Of a stretch of DNA of 64,000 bases, positions 11,319 to 19,966 are shown piece by piece. The translations under genes were made by a program, and so were the position numbers. Where the stretch lies: assembly GCA_963725865.1 (NCBI GenBank), contig CAVSAC010000012.1:608001-672000 (forward strand), in the 5' to 3' direction. This DNA comes from Candidatus Eiseniibacteriota bacterium (GTDB taxonomy: Bacteria; Eisenbacteria; RBG-16-71-46). Position 1 is the stretch's first letter. Each line of letters opens with the position of its first letter. The notes under the pieces were generated by a model that saw only the letters and a list, made by a program, of their open reading frames with translations, did no database searches and had not been told where the DNA came from.

Positions 11319-11461
11319 GGTCGCGACAGGCCCGGGGTCCGCCCGCTCGGCCCATGCATCGCGCACGATTGGACACTGCAAGCTTCATCGCGCGCCCGAC
11401 GGGCTGGCCGTGCCGCGCCCGCAAGCCACGCCTTTGCCGAGGTGGAAGTTAGCGCTCCAGT

Positions 11462-11477
11462 CGGCACCGTTCTTGCC
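11462..11477 (+). promoter_or_regulatory. Sigma54 (-24/-12) promoter of pilin operon
   Basis: CGGCACCGTTCTTGCC matches YGGCAC-N5-TTGC with exact GG-N10-GC spacing, about 40 bp upstream of first pilin. Confidence 0.7.
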
Positions 11478-11519
11478 GATGACCAAGACGGGAGAATCTA
11501 TCCGGATGGGGGAGCGCCG

Positions 11520-12002
11520 ATGAATCGTGCGAGGGGTTTCACGTTGATCGAGACGATGATCACGGTCGTGGTGGCCGGGATCATCATGGCCTTCGGCATC
11601 CCGGCGTTCCTCGGGTTCCAGAAGTCGCTCGCCCACGTCCAGGCGCGCGAGCGGCTGATCCAGGACATCCGGACGGCGCGCCAGGTCGCGGTCACCCGCC
11701 ACCAGCGCGTCATCATGGCGTTCGGGACCCCGCCTGCCACGACCAATCTGACCCGCTACTCCACGCTGGTGGACGCCGATGGGGACGGTGTCCGGGACGC
11801 CAACGAATGGGTGCTCGAGCGCCAGTTGCCCTCGGGCGCCACGCTCGAGCAGGTGAACCTGACTCCCACGGACTCACTGCTCTTCGACCCCAGTGGGGCG
11901 CTCCGTCCCGGCACCAGCGGCGGCGTGCTCATCTCGGGCAACGGTCGCGGCAAGGCCGACACCCTGTACATCTCGGGGGTCGGCATGGTGTTCCAGCGAT
12001 GA
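11520..12002 (+). CDS. Type IV minor pilin, FimT/GspH-like
   Basis: Prepilin site RG|FTLIE, hydrophobic helix, ARQVAV, DADGDG loop. Confidence 0.9.
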   Translation: MNRARGFTLIETMITVVVAGIIMAFGIPAFLGFQKSLAHVQARERLIQDIRTARQVAVTRHQRVIMAFGTPPATTNLTRYSTLVDADGDGVRDANEWVLERQLPSGATLEQVNLTPTDSLLFDPSGALRPGTSGGVLISGNGRGKADTLYISGVGMVFQR

Positions 12003-12424
12003 GGGCCAACGTCATGCAGAGCCTGCCTCGGGTGCGCGTGCGCGGCACGCGCGGGTTCACGTTGATCGAAGTGATGGTCGCGCTGGTGGTGTTCGCCATC
12101 GGCGTGCTCAGCCTCGCGGCGCTCATCCCGCTCGGCACCAAGGGCATTTCGCGCTCCGGCGAGACCACCCGCGCCTCGGAGCTCTCGGCGTCGACGATCG
12201 AGCGCCTGCTCGCCACCCCGTACGGGGACGGCGACCTGGACGCAGGCGCGCACAGCGACCCGCAGAATCCCTACAACGGCCGCTACTGGACCACGTGGTC
12301 GGTCGAGGACAACCAGCCCATCACCGACTGCAAGCGCGTCACGGTGACGGTCCGCTGGCCGCGCTCGGGATCCCCGACGAACGTTCGGGTCATCGGCGTC
12401 AAGCCGCGATCGGAAGGAGAGTAG
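11999..12424 (+). CDS. Type IV minor pilin, PilV-like
   Basis: RG|FTLIEVMVALVVFAIGVL; C-terminal KRVTVTVRW; ATGA overlap. Confidence 0.9.
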   Translation: MRANVMQSLPRVRVRGTRGFTLIEVMVALVVFAIGVLSLAALIPLGTKGISRSGETTRASELSASTIERLLATPYGDGDLDAGAHSDPQNPYNGRYWTTWSVEDNQPITDCKRVTVTVRWPRSGSPTNVRVIGVKPRSEGE

Positions 12425-12426
12425 CC

Positions 12427-13320
12427 GTGGTCAGCCTCCGCGACAGGCTCCGGGACGAACGTGGGTTCGGACTCATCGAGCTCATGGTCACGCTCGCCGT
12501 GCTCGGCATCGTCATGCTCGGCATGTTCACGGCGTTCTTCCGGACCAGTGACGAGTCGAGCCGCATGAGCAGGTTGATCGAGTTCCGCCAGAGCGCCCGC
12601 GCCTCCGTCCAGCTGATCGAGCGCGACGTGCGGATGGCGGGCTCGGGCTGGGGCCGCTCATCGGTGGTGGTTTCCTCCGGTACCGACTCGCTGTGGGGCG
12701 CCCTCTCGGCCGGACCCGGCACGGGACCCAACGATTCGCTCACCGTGTTCGGTGCCTGGTCGAACTCCTCACGGCTGACGGTCAGCATGCCGTTCCCCTC
12801 GTCGACGCTGCGCGTGAGGGCCACGGATGTCGCGAGCTTCCCGATCGGCTCACTGGTGGTCGTCACCGATCCCGAGAGCCAGACCTGGCACATGTTCTGT
12901 GTCACCGGCATCGCCGGCAGCGACCTCCAGCACGCCACGTCGTCGAGCTACAACAACACCACGAATCTCCAGGTGCTCTGGCCGCTCAACGGCTACCCGG
13001 TCGGCTCGGCGGTCTATCGCGTGAGCCGGCTGACCTACCGCGTCGACTCCACCAACTTCGGGCGCCCGTGCCTGGTCCGCCAGGAGATCGGGGGCTCGCC
13101 GCAGGTGGTGGCCTACGACCTCAATCGTTTCCAGGTGTGGTACCGCATGCAGGACAGCACCCTGACTCGGAACCCGACCGCCTGGGGCGTTGCGAATGGA
13201 GTCAACGGGAAAGACTTCATCTCGCAGGTGCAGCCGCGCATCTGCGTCCGCGTGACCGGAAGGAACCGGCCGACCCTCCTCGATTCCGTGTGGGCCGAGG
13301 TGCGGCCCCGAACCTTCTAG
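12427..13320 (+). CDS. Type IV minor pilin, PilW-like
   Basis: ERG|FGLIELMV; IERDVRMAG; C-terminal VRPR. Confidence 0.88.
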   Translation: MVSLRDRLRDERGFGLIELMVTLAVLGIVMLGMFTAFFRTSDESSRMSRLIEFRQSARASVQLIERDVRMAGSGWGRSSVVVSSGTDSLWGALSAGPGTGPNDSLTVFGAWSNSSRLTVSMPFPSSTLRVRATDVASFPIGSLVVVTDPESQTWHMFCVTGIAGSDLQHATSSSYNNTTNLQVLWPLNGYPVGSAVYRVSRLTYRVDSTNFGRPCLVRQEIGGSPQVVAYDLNRFQVWYRMQDSTLTRNPTAWGVANGVNGKDFISQVQPRICVRVTGRNRPTLLDSVWAEVRPRTF

Positions 13321-13335
13321 CCTCGGAGGTCGACC

Positions 13336-15003
13336 ATGCATCACCCGTCTCAGCAACCTCACGGCCCCCGGACGCACGAGCGAGGGATCGCCCTGGTGGC
13401 GGCAGTGCTGCTCCTGCTGCTCACCTCGGTGCTGGCCGGCACGTTCATGGCGTCCACCTCGAGTGAACGCTCGATCTCCGGCAACGTCCACGTGGCGCGC
13501 GCGTCCCTGGTGGCCGCCGACGCCGGCGTGCGCGTCGCCCAGCAGTTCATGGCCAATGTCGGCAAGACCAAGCTCGACAGCTGCAACACCGCCTGGACCG
13601 GCGTGGGTGTGGTCGTGAAGAAGCCGGATAGTCTGTTCAAGACCGGCGCCTACCTGGTCTCGAGCACCAACCCGCGTTTCACCGCCTCCGGCACGGTGGC
13701 GTTCGTGGATTCGGCGCTCTCGGACAGCTCGCAGACCTACGACTACCAGTACACCATCACGTCCTCCGGCGGTTTCGGCGCCGCCGGCGGCCGCGCCGTG
13801 CTGAGCCGCGGCATCCTGCGACTCAGCGTCAACCGCGGCAGCTTCTCGGACTACCTGATCTTCACGAACACGCACCTGACGCCGAGCGGCAGCGACATCT
13901 GGTTCACGTCGGGCACCACGTTCGACGGGCGCGTGCACACCAACGGCGAGTTCCGATTCGCGTATCAGCCCTACTTCCAGGACCTGGTGACGAGCGTGAA
14001 CAGCCGCGCGTGGTACTACAACACGGGCAATCCCAAGGAGCTGAACGCCAACTACAACGGCGTGAAGGACGTCCCCGAGTTCCACGGCGGCTTCACGCGC
14101 GGGACCGCGAACATCCCGTTGCCGAGCAACTCGTTCAACCAGCAGAGCGCGGCACTGGGGCTCGGCGGCGGGTCGGTGGCGCCGACCAACAACCTGATCA
14201 ACTACGCGATCACCGGCGGCGCCAGCTCCAGCGGCAGCGCGCCGGCGAACGGCATCTACCCGGTGTACTACGACAACGCGGGCGTCAAGAACATGACCGG
14301 TGGCTTCTACATCGTGGGCAGCCTCGACTCGTGCACGATGTACGCCACCGGCACCGGCCAGCAGGTCTATCGTCTCAAGCAGGGCGCGACGCTCAAGATC
14401 ATCACGGTCGATCCGGCGGCCAACACCACCTCGGTCAAGGTCGGTGCGGCCTCGCCTGTGGTCTACGGCGGCGTGCCGCCCGCCAACGTCCTGTACGTGA
14501 CCGGCAGCATCTCGAACCTCTGCGGCCCGAATCGCCCGACCGCCAACGGCACGCCGCCGCCGACGATCGCGGCCAGCAACCAGCTGCTCATCACCGCGGT
14601 CAACGACATCGTCATCCAGCGCGACATCACCTATCAGGACTACTACAACGGCCAGAACGTGCTGGGGATCTATTCGCAGAACGGCAGCGTCCGGGTCGGC
14701 TCCAACGCCCCGAACGACATGCGCCTCGACGGGTTCGTGATGGCGACCGGCGCCACGGCCGGCTTCTCGGTCGACAACTACAATTCGGGCAGCCCGAAGG
14801 GGACGTTCCACCTCCGTGGCGGCATGGTGTCGTCGTACTACGGCGCGTTCGGGCAGTTCAACACCGACGGCACGCCGGCGCACGGTTACAATCGCGACTT
14901 CCACTACGACCGGCGCGGTTTCAAGCCGCCGTTCTTCCCCACCACCACCCGCTTCGACGTCGACACGCCCGTGGCCCGGACGCTGTCGTGGCAGGAGATG
15001 TGA
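13336..15003 (+). CDS. Large PilX-like tip pilin (PilX N-terminus plus probable DUF4900/ComZ-like domain)
   Basis: ERG|IALVAA without Glu5; AADAG; FDGRVHTN; C-terminal GYNRDFHYDRR..PPFFP; 555 aa. Confidence 0.8.
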   Translation: MHHPSQQPHGPRTHERGIALVAAVLLLLLTSVLAGTFMASTSSERSISGNVHVARASLVAADAGVRVAQQFMANVGKTKLDSCNTAWTGVGVVVKKPDSLFKTGAYLVSSTNPRFTASGTVAFVDSALSDSSQTYDYQYTITSSGGFGAAGGRAVLSRGILRLSVNRGSFSDYLIFTNTHLTPSGSDIWFTSGTTFDGRVHTNGEFRFAYQPYFQDLVTSVNSRAWYYNTGNPKELNANYNGVKDVPEFHGGFTRGTANIPLPSNSFNQQSAALGLGGGSVAPTNNLINYAITGGASSSGSAPANGIYPVYYDNAGVKNMTGGFYIVGSLDSCTMYATGTGQQVYRLKQGATLKIITVDPAANTTSVKVGAASPVVYGGVPPANVLYVTGSISNLCGPNRPTANGTPPPTIAASNQLLITAVNDIVIQRDITYQDYYNGQNVLGIYSQNGSVRVGSNAPNDMRLDGFVMATGATAGFSVDNYNSGSPKGTFHLRGGMVSSYYGAFGQFNTDGTPAHGYNRDFHYDRRGFKPPFFPTTTRFDVDTPVARTLSWQEM

Positions 15004-15239
15004 TGAGGATCACCGTGAAGAAGCAGCCCGAGCCGCGATCGCCCTTGTGGTGGGTCGCGGGAGCCGCCGTCGCCCTGGTCGTGGTGTGGGGCGCGATGTC
15101 GATGTTCCAGCACCCGGCGCGGCGAGCCCCCAGGGCCACCGCCTCACCGACCCAGCCGGCCGATGCGGCGCAGCCGCAGGCGCAGGAGCAGCCGAGCGTG
15201 CCGTCGCTTCCGCCGCGGGGCGGCGTCAGCGACATGTGA
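15003..15239 (+). CDS. Small single-TM hypothetical protein
   Basis: TGATG coupling to upstream gene; TM LWWVAGAAVALVVVWGAMSMF; P/Q/A-rich tail; 78 aa. Confidence 0.65.
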   Translation: MRITVKKQPEPRSPLWWVAGAAVALVVVWGAMSMFQHPARRAPRATASPTQPADAAQPQAQEQPSVPSLPPRGGVSDM

Positions 15240-15315
15240 GTCGTGCTTCCGATCGACGGCCCCGGACGTTCGCTCGTCCGGGGCCGTTCGTATCCGTGTG
15301 CTAGATTCCGTGCCC

Positions 15316-16422
15316 ATGCCCCGTCCCGTGTACGAGTACCTCGAGTGGAGCAAGGCGCACGCCGGGCGCCACGCGCACGATCTCGCCGACAGCGCGGTGG
15401 TCGCTCCGGACCTCGCAGCGCTCGGGCTGCCGGCGGCCGCCCCGATGCCGGCCGGCGGCTACGCCGCCGCGCTCCCCGCGCTCGAGCGGGCACTCGGCGC
15501 GCGCAGCGGGGCCCCCGGCGGACGCGTGCTGGCGGCTGCCGGCGCGAGCGAAGCCAATGCGATCGTCGCCGCCGCGCTGCTCGAGCCGGGGGACGAGGTG
15601 CTGGTCGAATCGCCGGGTTACCAGCCCCTCCATCGCACGCCCGAGCTGTTCGGAGCGCGCGTGCGGGGCTTCATGCGCAGGGCGTCGCACGGCTTCGGCG
15701 ACCTCGGCAGCTCGCTCGAGGTCGCGGTCGGTCCCGACACCCGCATGGTGGTGGCCACCGACCTCCACAATCCGAGCGGCGCCGCGCTCGAGCCGCGCGA
15801 CCTCGACGCGCTCGACCGACTCGCGGCCCGCCGCGGCGTGTGGATCGTGGTGGACGAGACCTTCCGTGACGCCTCCACGCGACCGCTCGGCACGCTCGCC
15901 GAGCGCGGGCCGCGCTGGGTCTGCACGTCCACGCTCACCAAGGCCTACGGCCTCGGCGGCCTTCGTCTGGGCTGGATCGCCGGCAGCGCCGAGGCGCTGG
16001 CGCGCTGCGCCAACGTCCAGAACGGGCTCTCCGGGGCGCCGGCGCTGCCGAGCGTGGCGCTGGCGCTGGCGCTCGCTCCGCACCTCGACGCGCTGCGAGC
16101 GCGCGGGCACCAGGTGCTGGCGACCAACCACGAGGCGCTGGGCGCGTTCGCGCGCGAGCACTCCTGGTGCCGGCTCGCGGTTCCCCCGGCCGGCACCACG
16201 GCGTTCATCGCGCTGCCACTGGGGCTCGACGGGGACGCGCTTTCGGAGCGCGCCGCCTCCGAGTTCGACCTCGCGGTCACGCCCGGCCGCTTCTTCGGCG
16301 ATCCACACGGCGTGCGCATCGCGCTCGGGGGAGAACCCGCGCGCTTCGCCGCCGCCCTCGACACCCTGGATCGCGCGGTGGCCTCGCTGGCCGCCGGCAT
16401 CCGCACCGGAGGAATCCGATGA
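15316..16422 (+). CDS. PLP-dependent aminotransferase, class I/II
   Basis: HNPSG, VDETF, STLTKAYGLGGLRLGW, PGRFF. Confidence 0.9.
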   Translation: MPRPVYEYLEWSKAHAGRHAHDLADSAVVAPDLAALGLPAAAPMPAGGYAAALPALERALGARSGAPGGRVLAAAGASEANAIVAAALLEPGDEVLVESPGYQPLHRTPELFGARVRGFMRRASHGFGDLGSSLEVAVGPDTRMVVATDLHNPSGAALEPRDLDALDRLAARRGVWIVVDETFRDASTRPLGTLAERGPRWVCTSTLTKAYGLGGLRLGWIAGSAEALARCANVQNGLSGAPALPSVALALALAPHLDALRARGHQVLATNHEALGAFAREHSWCRLAVPPAGTTAFIALPLGLDGDALSERAASEFDLAVTPGRFFGDPHGVRIALGGEPARFAAALDTLDRAVASLAAGIRTGGIR

Positions 16423-16880
16423 CCGATCCATCCATCCTCGAGCGCATCCAGGTCGATCTGGCCGCCGCGATGAAGCGCCAGGACGCTCCGACCCTCAGCA
16501 CGCTGCGCATGCTGAAGTCGGCGCTGATGGAGGCCAAGACGCGCAAGCCCAAGGACGCCACGCTGAGCGCCGACGAGGAGATCGAGGTGCTGCAGCGCTA
16601 CGCCAAGAAGCGCCGCGAGTCGATCGAGGAATTCAAGCGCCTCGGCCTCAGCGACAAGGTCGGCGACGAGGAGCGCGAGATCGCGGTCACCCAGCGCTAC
16701 CTGCCCCAGGCGCTCTCGGAGGAGGAGGTGCGCGCCGTGGTGCGCGAGGCGGTGGCGGCCACCGGCGCGAGCGGGCCCCGCGAGATGGGCAAGGTGATCG
16801 GCGCGGTGATGGCGAAGGTCAAGGGCCGGGCCGAGGGCGGCCTGGTCTCCCGGCTCGTGAAGGAAGCGCTCGGCGGCTGA
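16419..16880 (+). CDS. yqeY: GatB/YqeY domain protein
   Basis: AAMK, LRMLKSAL, KKRRESIEEF, YLPQALS, MGKVIG. Confidence 0.95.
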   Translation: MTDPSILERIQVDLAAAMKRQDAPTLSTLRMLKSALMEAKTRKPKDATLSADEEIEVLQRYAKKRRESIEEFKRLGLSDKVGDEEREIAVTQRYLPQALSEEEVRAVVREAVAATGASGPREMGKVIGAVMAKVKGRAEGGLVSRLVKEALGG

Positions 16881-16902
16881 CGTCGCGCCGGTCGTCGCAC
16901 CC

Positions 16903-16931
16903 ACGGCGCCCGGCTCCCCGCCGGGCGCCGT
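16903..16931. terminator. Hairpin between convergent yqeY and mtgA
   Basis: 12-bp stem ACGGCGCCCGGC/GCCGGGCGCCGT, loop TCCCC. Confidence 0.6.
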
Positions 16932-16972
16932 CGCGTTGCTGGCGGACCCGGCGCGCGGTCGCCCACCACGAC

Positions 16973-17863
16973 TCAGGGTGCCGGGGGCGGCGCGGCGCTC
17001 GTGTCCGCGGCCGCGCGCTCGAGCGCGTCCGGCGGCGGCTCGTCGGTGCCGAGCCCCGTGCTGTCGACCGCCCCGCCGTCGACCGCCGGCGCGGGCGGTG
17101 GCAGTCCGACGATCGCGCGGTACTGCGCGTCGTCGAGCGCGCCGCGCCGCCGCAGGCGCGAGGCGATCAGGCGCACGCGGCGCTCGATGCGTCGCGTGGG
17201 CGCCGTCGGCGCGTAGCGGCGCGGATTGATGATCACCGCCGCCAGCCGCACCGACTGCTCCGCGTCGAGCGCGGCGGCCGAGGTGCCGTACCAGCGGTTC
17301 GCGGCCGCCTCGATACCGTAGACGCCGTCGCCCCATTCGATGAGGTTCAGGTACAGCTCGAAGATGCGCCGCTTGGACAGCGTGTGCTCGAGCCGCAGCG
17401 CCAGGAACAGCTCCTCGAGCTTGCGCCACGGAGTGCGCTCGGGGCCCAGCCACAGGTTCTTCGCCAGCTGCTGGGTGATGGTGCTGCCGCCGCGGCTGAA
17501 GCGACGCTGCTCGAGGTCCTTGCGCGCGGACGCCTTGATCTCGTTCCAGTCGAGTCCGCCGTGCTGAAAGAACGCATCGTCCTCCGCCACCAGTACCGCG
17601 CGCCGCAGGTACGGCGAGATGCTGCCGTAGGGCACCCAGCGCTGCACCGTGCGCGGGGTGCGGCCGGCGGCGCGGGCCTCGGCTTCGCGCCGCAGCATCA
17701 TCGCGGTGCGGCGCGGAACGCGTCCGCGCAGGGCGCCCACGTCCACCGCCGCCGCCCGGAAGCCCGCCCACGCGACCATCGCCACCAGCGCCAATGCCAC
17801 CGCCAGCAGCACGGCACGCAGCCCCGCCGGCCAGCCGCCGCGCGTACGCCGCCGCGCGCTCAC
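16973..17863 (-). CDS. mtgA: Monofunctional peptidoglycan transglycosylase (GT51)
   Basis: AEDDAFFQHGG, RGGSTITQQLAKNL, RKLEE, YLNLIEWG; N-terminal TM; start codon uncertain. Confidence 0.93.
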   Translation of the reverse strand: MSARRRTRGGWPAGLRAVLLAVALALVAMVAWAGFRAAAVDVGALRGRVPRRTAMMLRREAEARAAGRTPRTVQRWVPYGSISPYLRRAVLVAEDDAFFQHGGLDWNEIKASARKDLEQRRFSRGGSTITQQLAKNLWLGPERTPWRKLEELFLALRLEHTLSKRRIFELYLNLIEWGDGVYGIEAAANRWYGTSAAALDAEQSVRLAAVIINPRRYAPTAPTRRIERRVRLIASRLRRRGALDDAQYRAIVGLPPPAPAVDGGAVDSTGLGTDEPPPDALERAAADTSAAPPPAP

Positions 17864-18093
17864 GAGCGGCGCCACCGGCAGGCGGCCCGGCGAGGGCTGT
17901 GGCGCGGAGTCGACGGCCGATGGGCTCGCAGCATGCGGATCCCTGCCAGGGCCTGGACGGAGTTCGGGGAGCGGACGCGGGCGGGATTCTAGGAGCCGGC
18001 CGCGACGTCCCACAAGCCCGCGCCGCGCGCGATCGCGGGGAGGTGCGGACGGTGCTGCTCCGCGCCCGCCGGATCCGCGGTCGCGCGCCGGCC

Positions 18094-18123
18094 TTGCCGC
18101 CGCGCGCGCGCGCTTCCTATACT
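18094..18123 (+). promoter_or_regulatory. Sigma70-type promoter of enoyl-CoA hydratase gene
   Basis: TTGCCG-18 bp-TATACT. Confidence 0.6.
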
Positions 18124-18190
18124 GAGCCGCCATCGCGCCGCGGCGCGCCGCGCGCGCCCTCCGACCTCGACCTCCACAGCGGAAGACCCC

Positions 18191-18991
18191 ATGACGACCT
18201 CGACCAGCTCCTCCTACCGCAACCTGCGGCTCGACCTGCGCGGGCCGGTGACCGTGCTGCTCGTGAACCGCCCGAGCGTGCTGAACGCCATCGACCGCGC
18301 GACGCTGGTCGAGCTCGAGGACGCGATCGCGCGCTTCGTCGCCGACGACGCGCAGGGCGCGCTGATCCTCACTGGCGAGGGCGAGAAGGCGTTCATCGCC
18401 GGCGCCGACATCAACGAGCTGGCGGTGCTGGGTCCGCGCGACGCCGAGGCGATCTCGCGCTTCGGTCAGCGCGTGGTGGATGCGCTCGAGCACTCGCCCA
18501 AACCGGTGATCGCGGCGATCAACGGCTACGCGTTCGGCGGCGGCTGCGAACTGGCGCTCGGCTGCCACATGCGGCTCGCCTCCGAGAACGCTGTGATGGG
18601 CCTGCCCGAGGTGGGGCTGGGCATCATCCCGGGCTACGGTGGCACCCAGCGCCTGCCGCGGCTGGTGGGGCAGGGGCGCGCGCTGGAGCTGATCCTGAGC
18701 GGCCGGCGCGTGAAGGCCGACGAGGCCGAGCGCATCGGCCTCGTGAACCGCGTGGTCCCGCTGGCGGAGCTGCTCCCCGAGGCCGAGAAGCTGGCGCTGG
18801 CGATCCTCAAGAACGGTCCCCTGGCGGTGGAGGCCGCGCTGGAGTCGGTGGTGCGCGGCATGTCGCTGCCGCTCCGCGAAGGCCTGCGCTTCGAGAGCGG
18901 GCGCTTCGGGATCGTCGCCTCGAGCGAGGACATGCACGAGGGCCTGAAGGCGTTCCTCGAGAAGCGTCCGGCGCGATTCACGCGGCGCTGA
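18191..18991 (+). CDS. crt: Enoyl-CoA hydratase (crotonase)
   Basis: AFIAGADI, GGGCELA, GLPE, PGYGGTQRL. Confidence 0.93.
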   Translation: MTTSTSSSYRNLRLDLRGPVTVLLVNRPSVLNAIDRATLVELEDAIARFVADDAQGALILTGEGEKAFIAGADINELAVLGPRDAEAISRFGQRVVDALEHSPKPVIAAINGYAFGGGCELALGCHMRLASENAVMGLPEVGLGIIPGYGGTQRLPRLVGQGRALELILSGRRVKADEAERIGLVNRVVPLAELLPEAEKLALAILKNGPLAVEAALESVVRGMSLPLREGLRFESGRFGIVASSEDMHEGLKAFLEKRPARFTRR

Positions 18992-19021
18992 CGCCGGCCG
19001 GTCACGCTCGCCAGACCGGCG

Positions 19022-19050
19022 TTGATGCCGGAGGCGGACCTGCCGATAAT
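19022..19050 (+). promoter_or_regulatory. Sigma70-type promoter of mgtC-family gene
   Basis: TTGATG-17 bp-GATAAT, then SD GGGAGG. Confidence 0.6.
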
Positions 19051-19071
19051 GCCGGGCACAGGGAGGTGTCC

Positions 19072-19503
19072 ATGAACGATGTCGTCGCCATGCTCGTCTC
19101 GACGGTGCTGGGAACGCTCGTCGGGTGGGAGCGCCAGATGGGCCGCAAGCCGGCCGGGCTGCGCACCCACACGTTGGTCTGCCTCGGCTCGACGATGTTC
19201 GTCCTGCTCACGTCGCACGCGGCGGCCGAGTTCGGCGGCAAGGGGATCGACGCCACCCGCATCATCCACGGCGTCGTGACGGGCGTCGGGTTCCTCGGCG
19301 CGGGCAGCATCATGCGCCAGGAGGGCTTCGTCCACGGGCTGACGACCGCGGCGAGCGTATGGATGGTGGCCGCCATCGGCGTGTCGGTGGGCGTGCGCGC
19401 CTACGGACTCGCGATCACCGGGACGGTGCTCGCGCTGATCGTGCTCGAGGGCTATCGCTGGGTGGAGCGCTTCCTCTCGCCGGACCAGGACAGCAACGGC
19501 TGA
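19072..19503 (+). CDS. mgtC: MgtC/SapB family membrane protein (membrane domain only)
   Basis: GWER, AGLRTH, RIIHGVVTGVGFLGAG, GLTTAASVW; 143 aa. Confidence 0.93.
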   Translation: MNDVVAMLVSTVLGTLVGWERQMGRKPAGLRTHTLVCLGSTMFVLLTSHAAAEFGGKGIDATRIIHGVVTGVGFLGAGSIMRQEGFVHGLTTAASVWMVAAIGVSVGVRAYGLAITGTVLALIVLEGYRWVERFLSPDQDSNG

Positions 19504-19523
19504 GGCCGGACGGACGGACCACG

Positions 19524-19557
19524 AGGCCGCTCGCGGAGCAGTCCGCGCGGGCGGCCT
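19524..19557. terminator. Hairpin between mgtC and convergent peptide gene
   Basis: AGGCCGC/GCGGCCT enclosing CGCGGA/TCCGCG. Confidence 0.5.
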
Positions 19558-19602
19558 TCGTCATCACCCCGCCGGCGGGACGCGACCCGATCCGCGGCCG
19601 CG

Positions 19603-19686
19603 TCAGATCCGCGGGGTCACGAAGAACAGCACCACCAGCAGGAACGCGATCGACATCAGGTAGAGGACGTCGCGTGTGCGCGGCAT
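19603..19686 (-). CDS. 27-aa hydrophobic membrane peptide MPRTRDVLYLMSIAFLLVVLFFVTPRI
   Basis: Strong SD GGGAGGTG at 19691-19698; single TM; overlaps no other gene. Confidence 0.65.
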   Translation of the reverse strand: MPRTRDVLYLMSIAFLLVVLFFVTPRI

Positions 19687-19687
19687 C

Positions 19688-19803
19688 ACGCACCTCCCGT
19701 GCGTCCCGCTCGCCCCGCGAGCGGGGAGTGGACCCACAATCCCTGTGGGGGGCCGCAACGGACGGCCGCCGCCGAAAGCGAGTGGACTTTCCCGCTCGCG
19801 GGG
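19688..19803 (-). ncRNA. Candidate structured cis-regulatory leader of the peptide gene
   Basis: 13-bp outer stem 19713-19725/19791-19803 enclosing three hairpins; competing 9-bp stem 19705-19713/19717-19725; SD hairpin 19688-19704; strand inferred. Confidence 0.4.
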
Positions 19804-19966
19804 GACCACGTCAAGCTCCAACCTCGCTCCCGGGCCCCGGAAGCCCGCCGCTCCGCGGGCGTATTACCTGTGGAACGGTGCGGCGCCGGGCGCCCATACT
19901 GACCCCAGCGGCGCAGCACCGGGACTTCGTGACTCGGCCGGGCGGCCTTCCACCAGGAGGTTGCGC

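Noticed and set aside
9633..12002. 789-aa ORF and many other long Arg/Ala/Gly-rich overlapping ORFs (e.g. 915-3332, 20780-23629, 32530-35733, 49331-52726)
   Set aside because: Stop-poor alternative frames expected at high GC; only the parts with recognisable motifs were kept
19783..19793. GGAAAGTCC on the minus strand resembling the RNase P RNA P4 motif
   Set aside because: No matching 3' P4 strand and too little room for a full RNase P RNA
19751..19820. GAAA-containing hairpin resembling a c-di-GMP-I riboswitch or hammerhead ribozyme
   Set aside because: Lacks the GCAAA elements and the CUGANGA core; kept only as an unclassified structure
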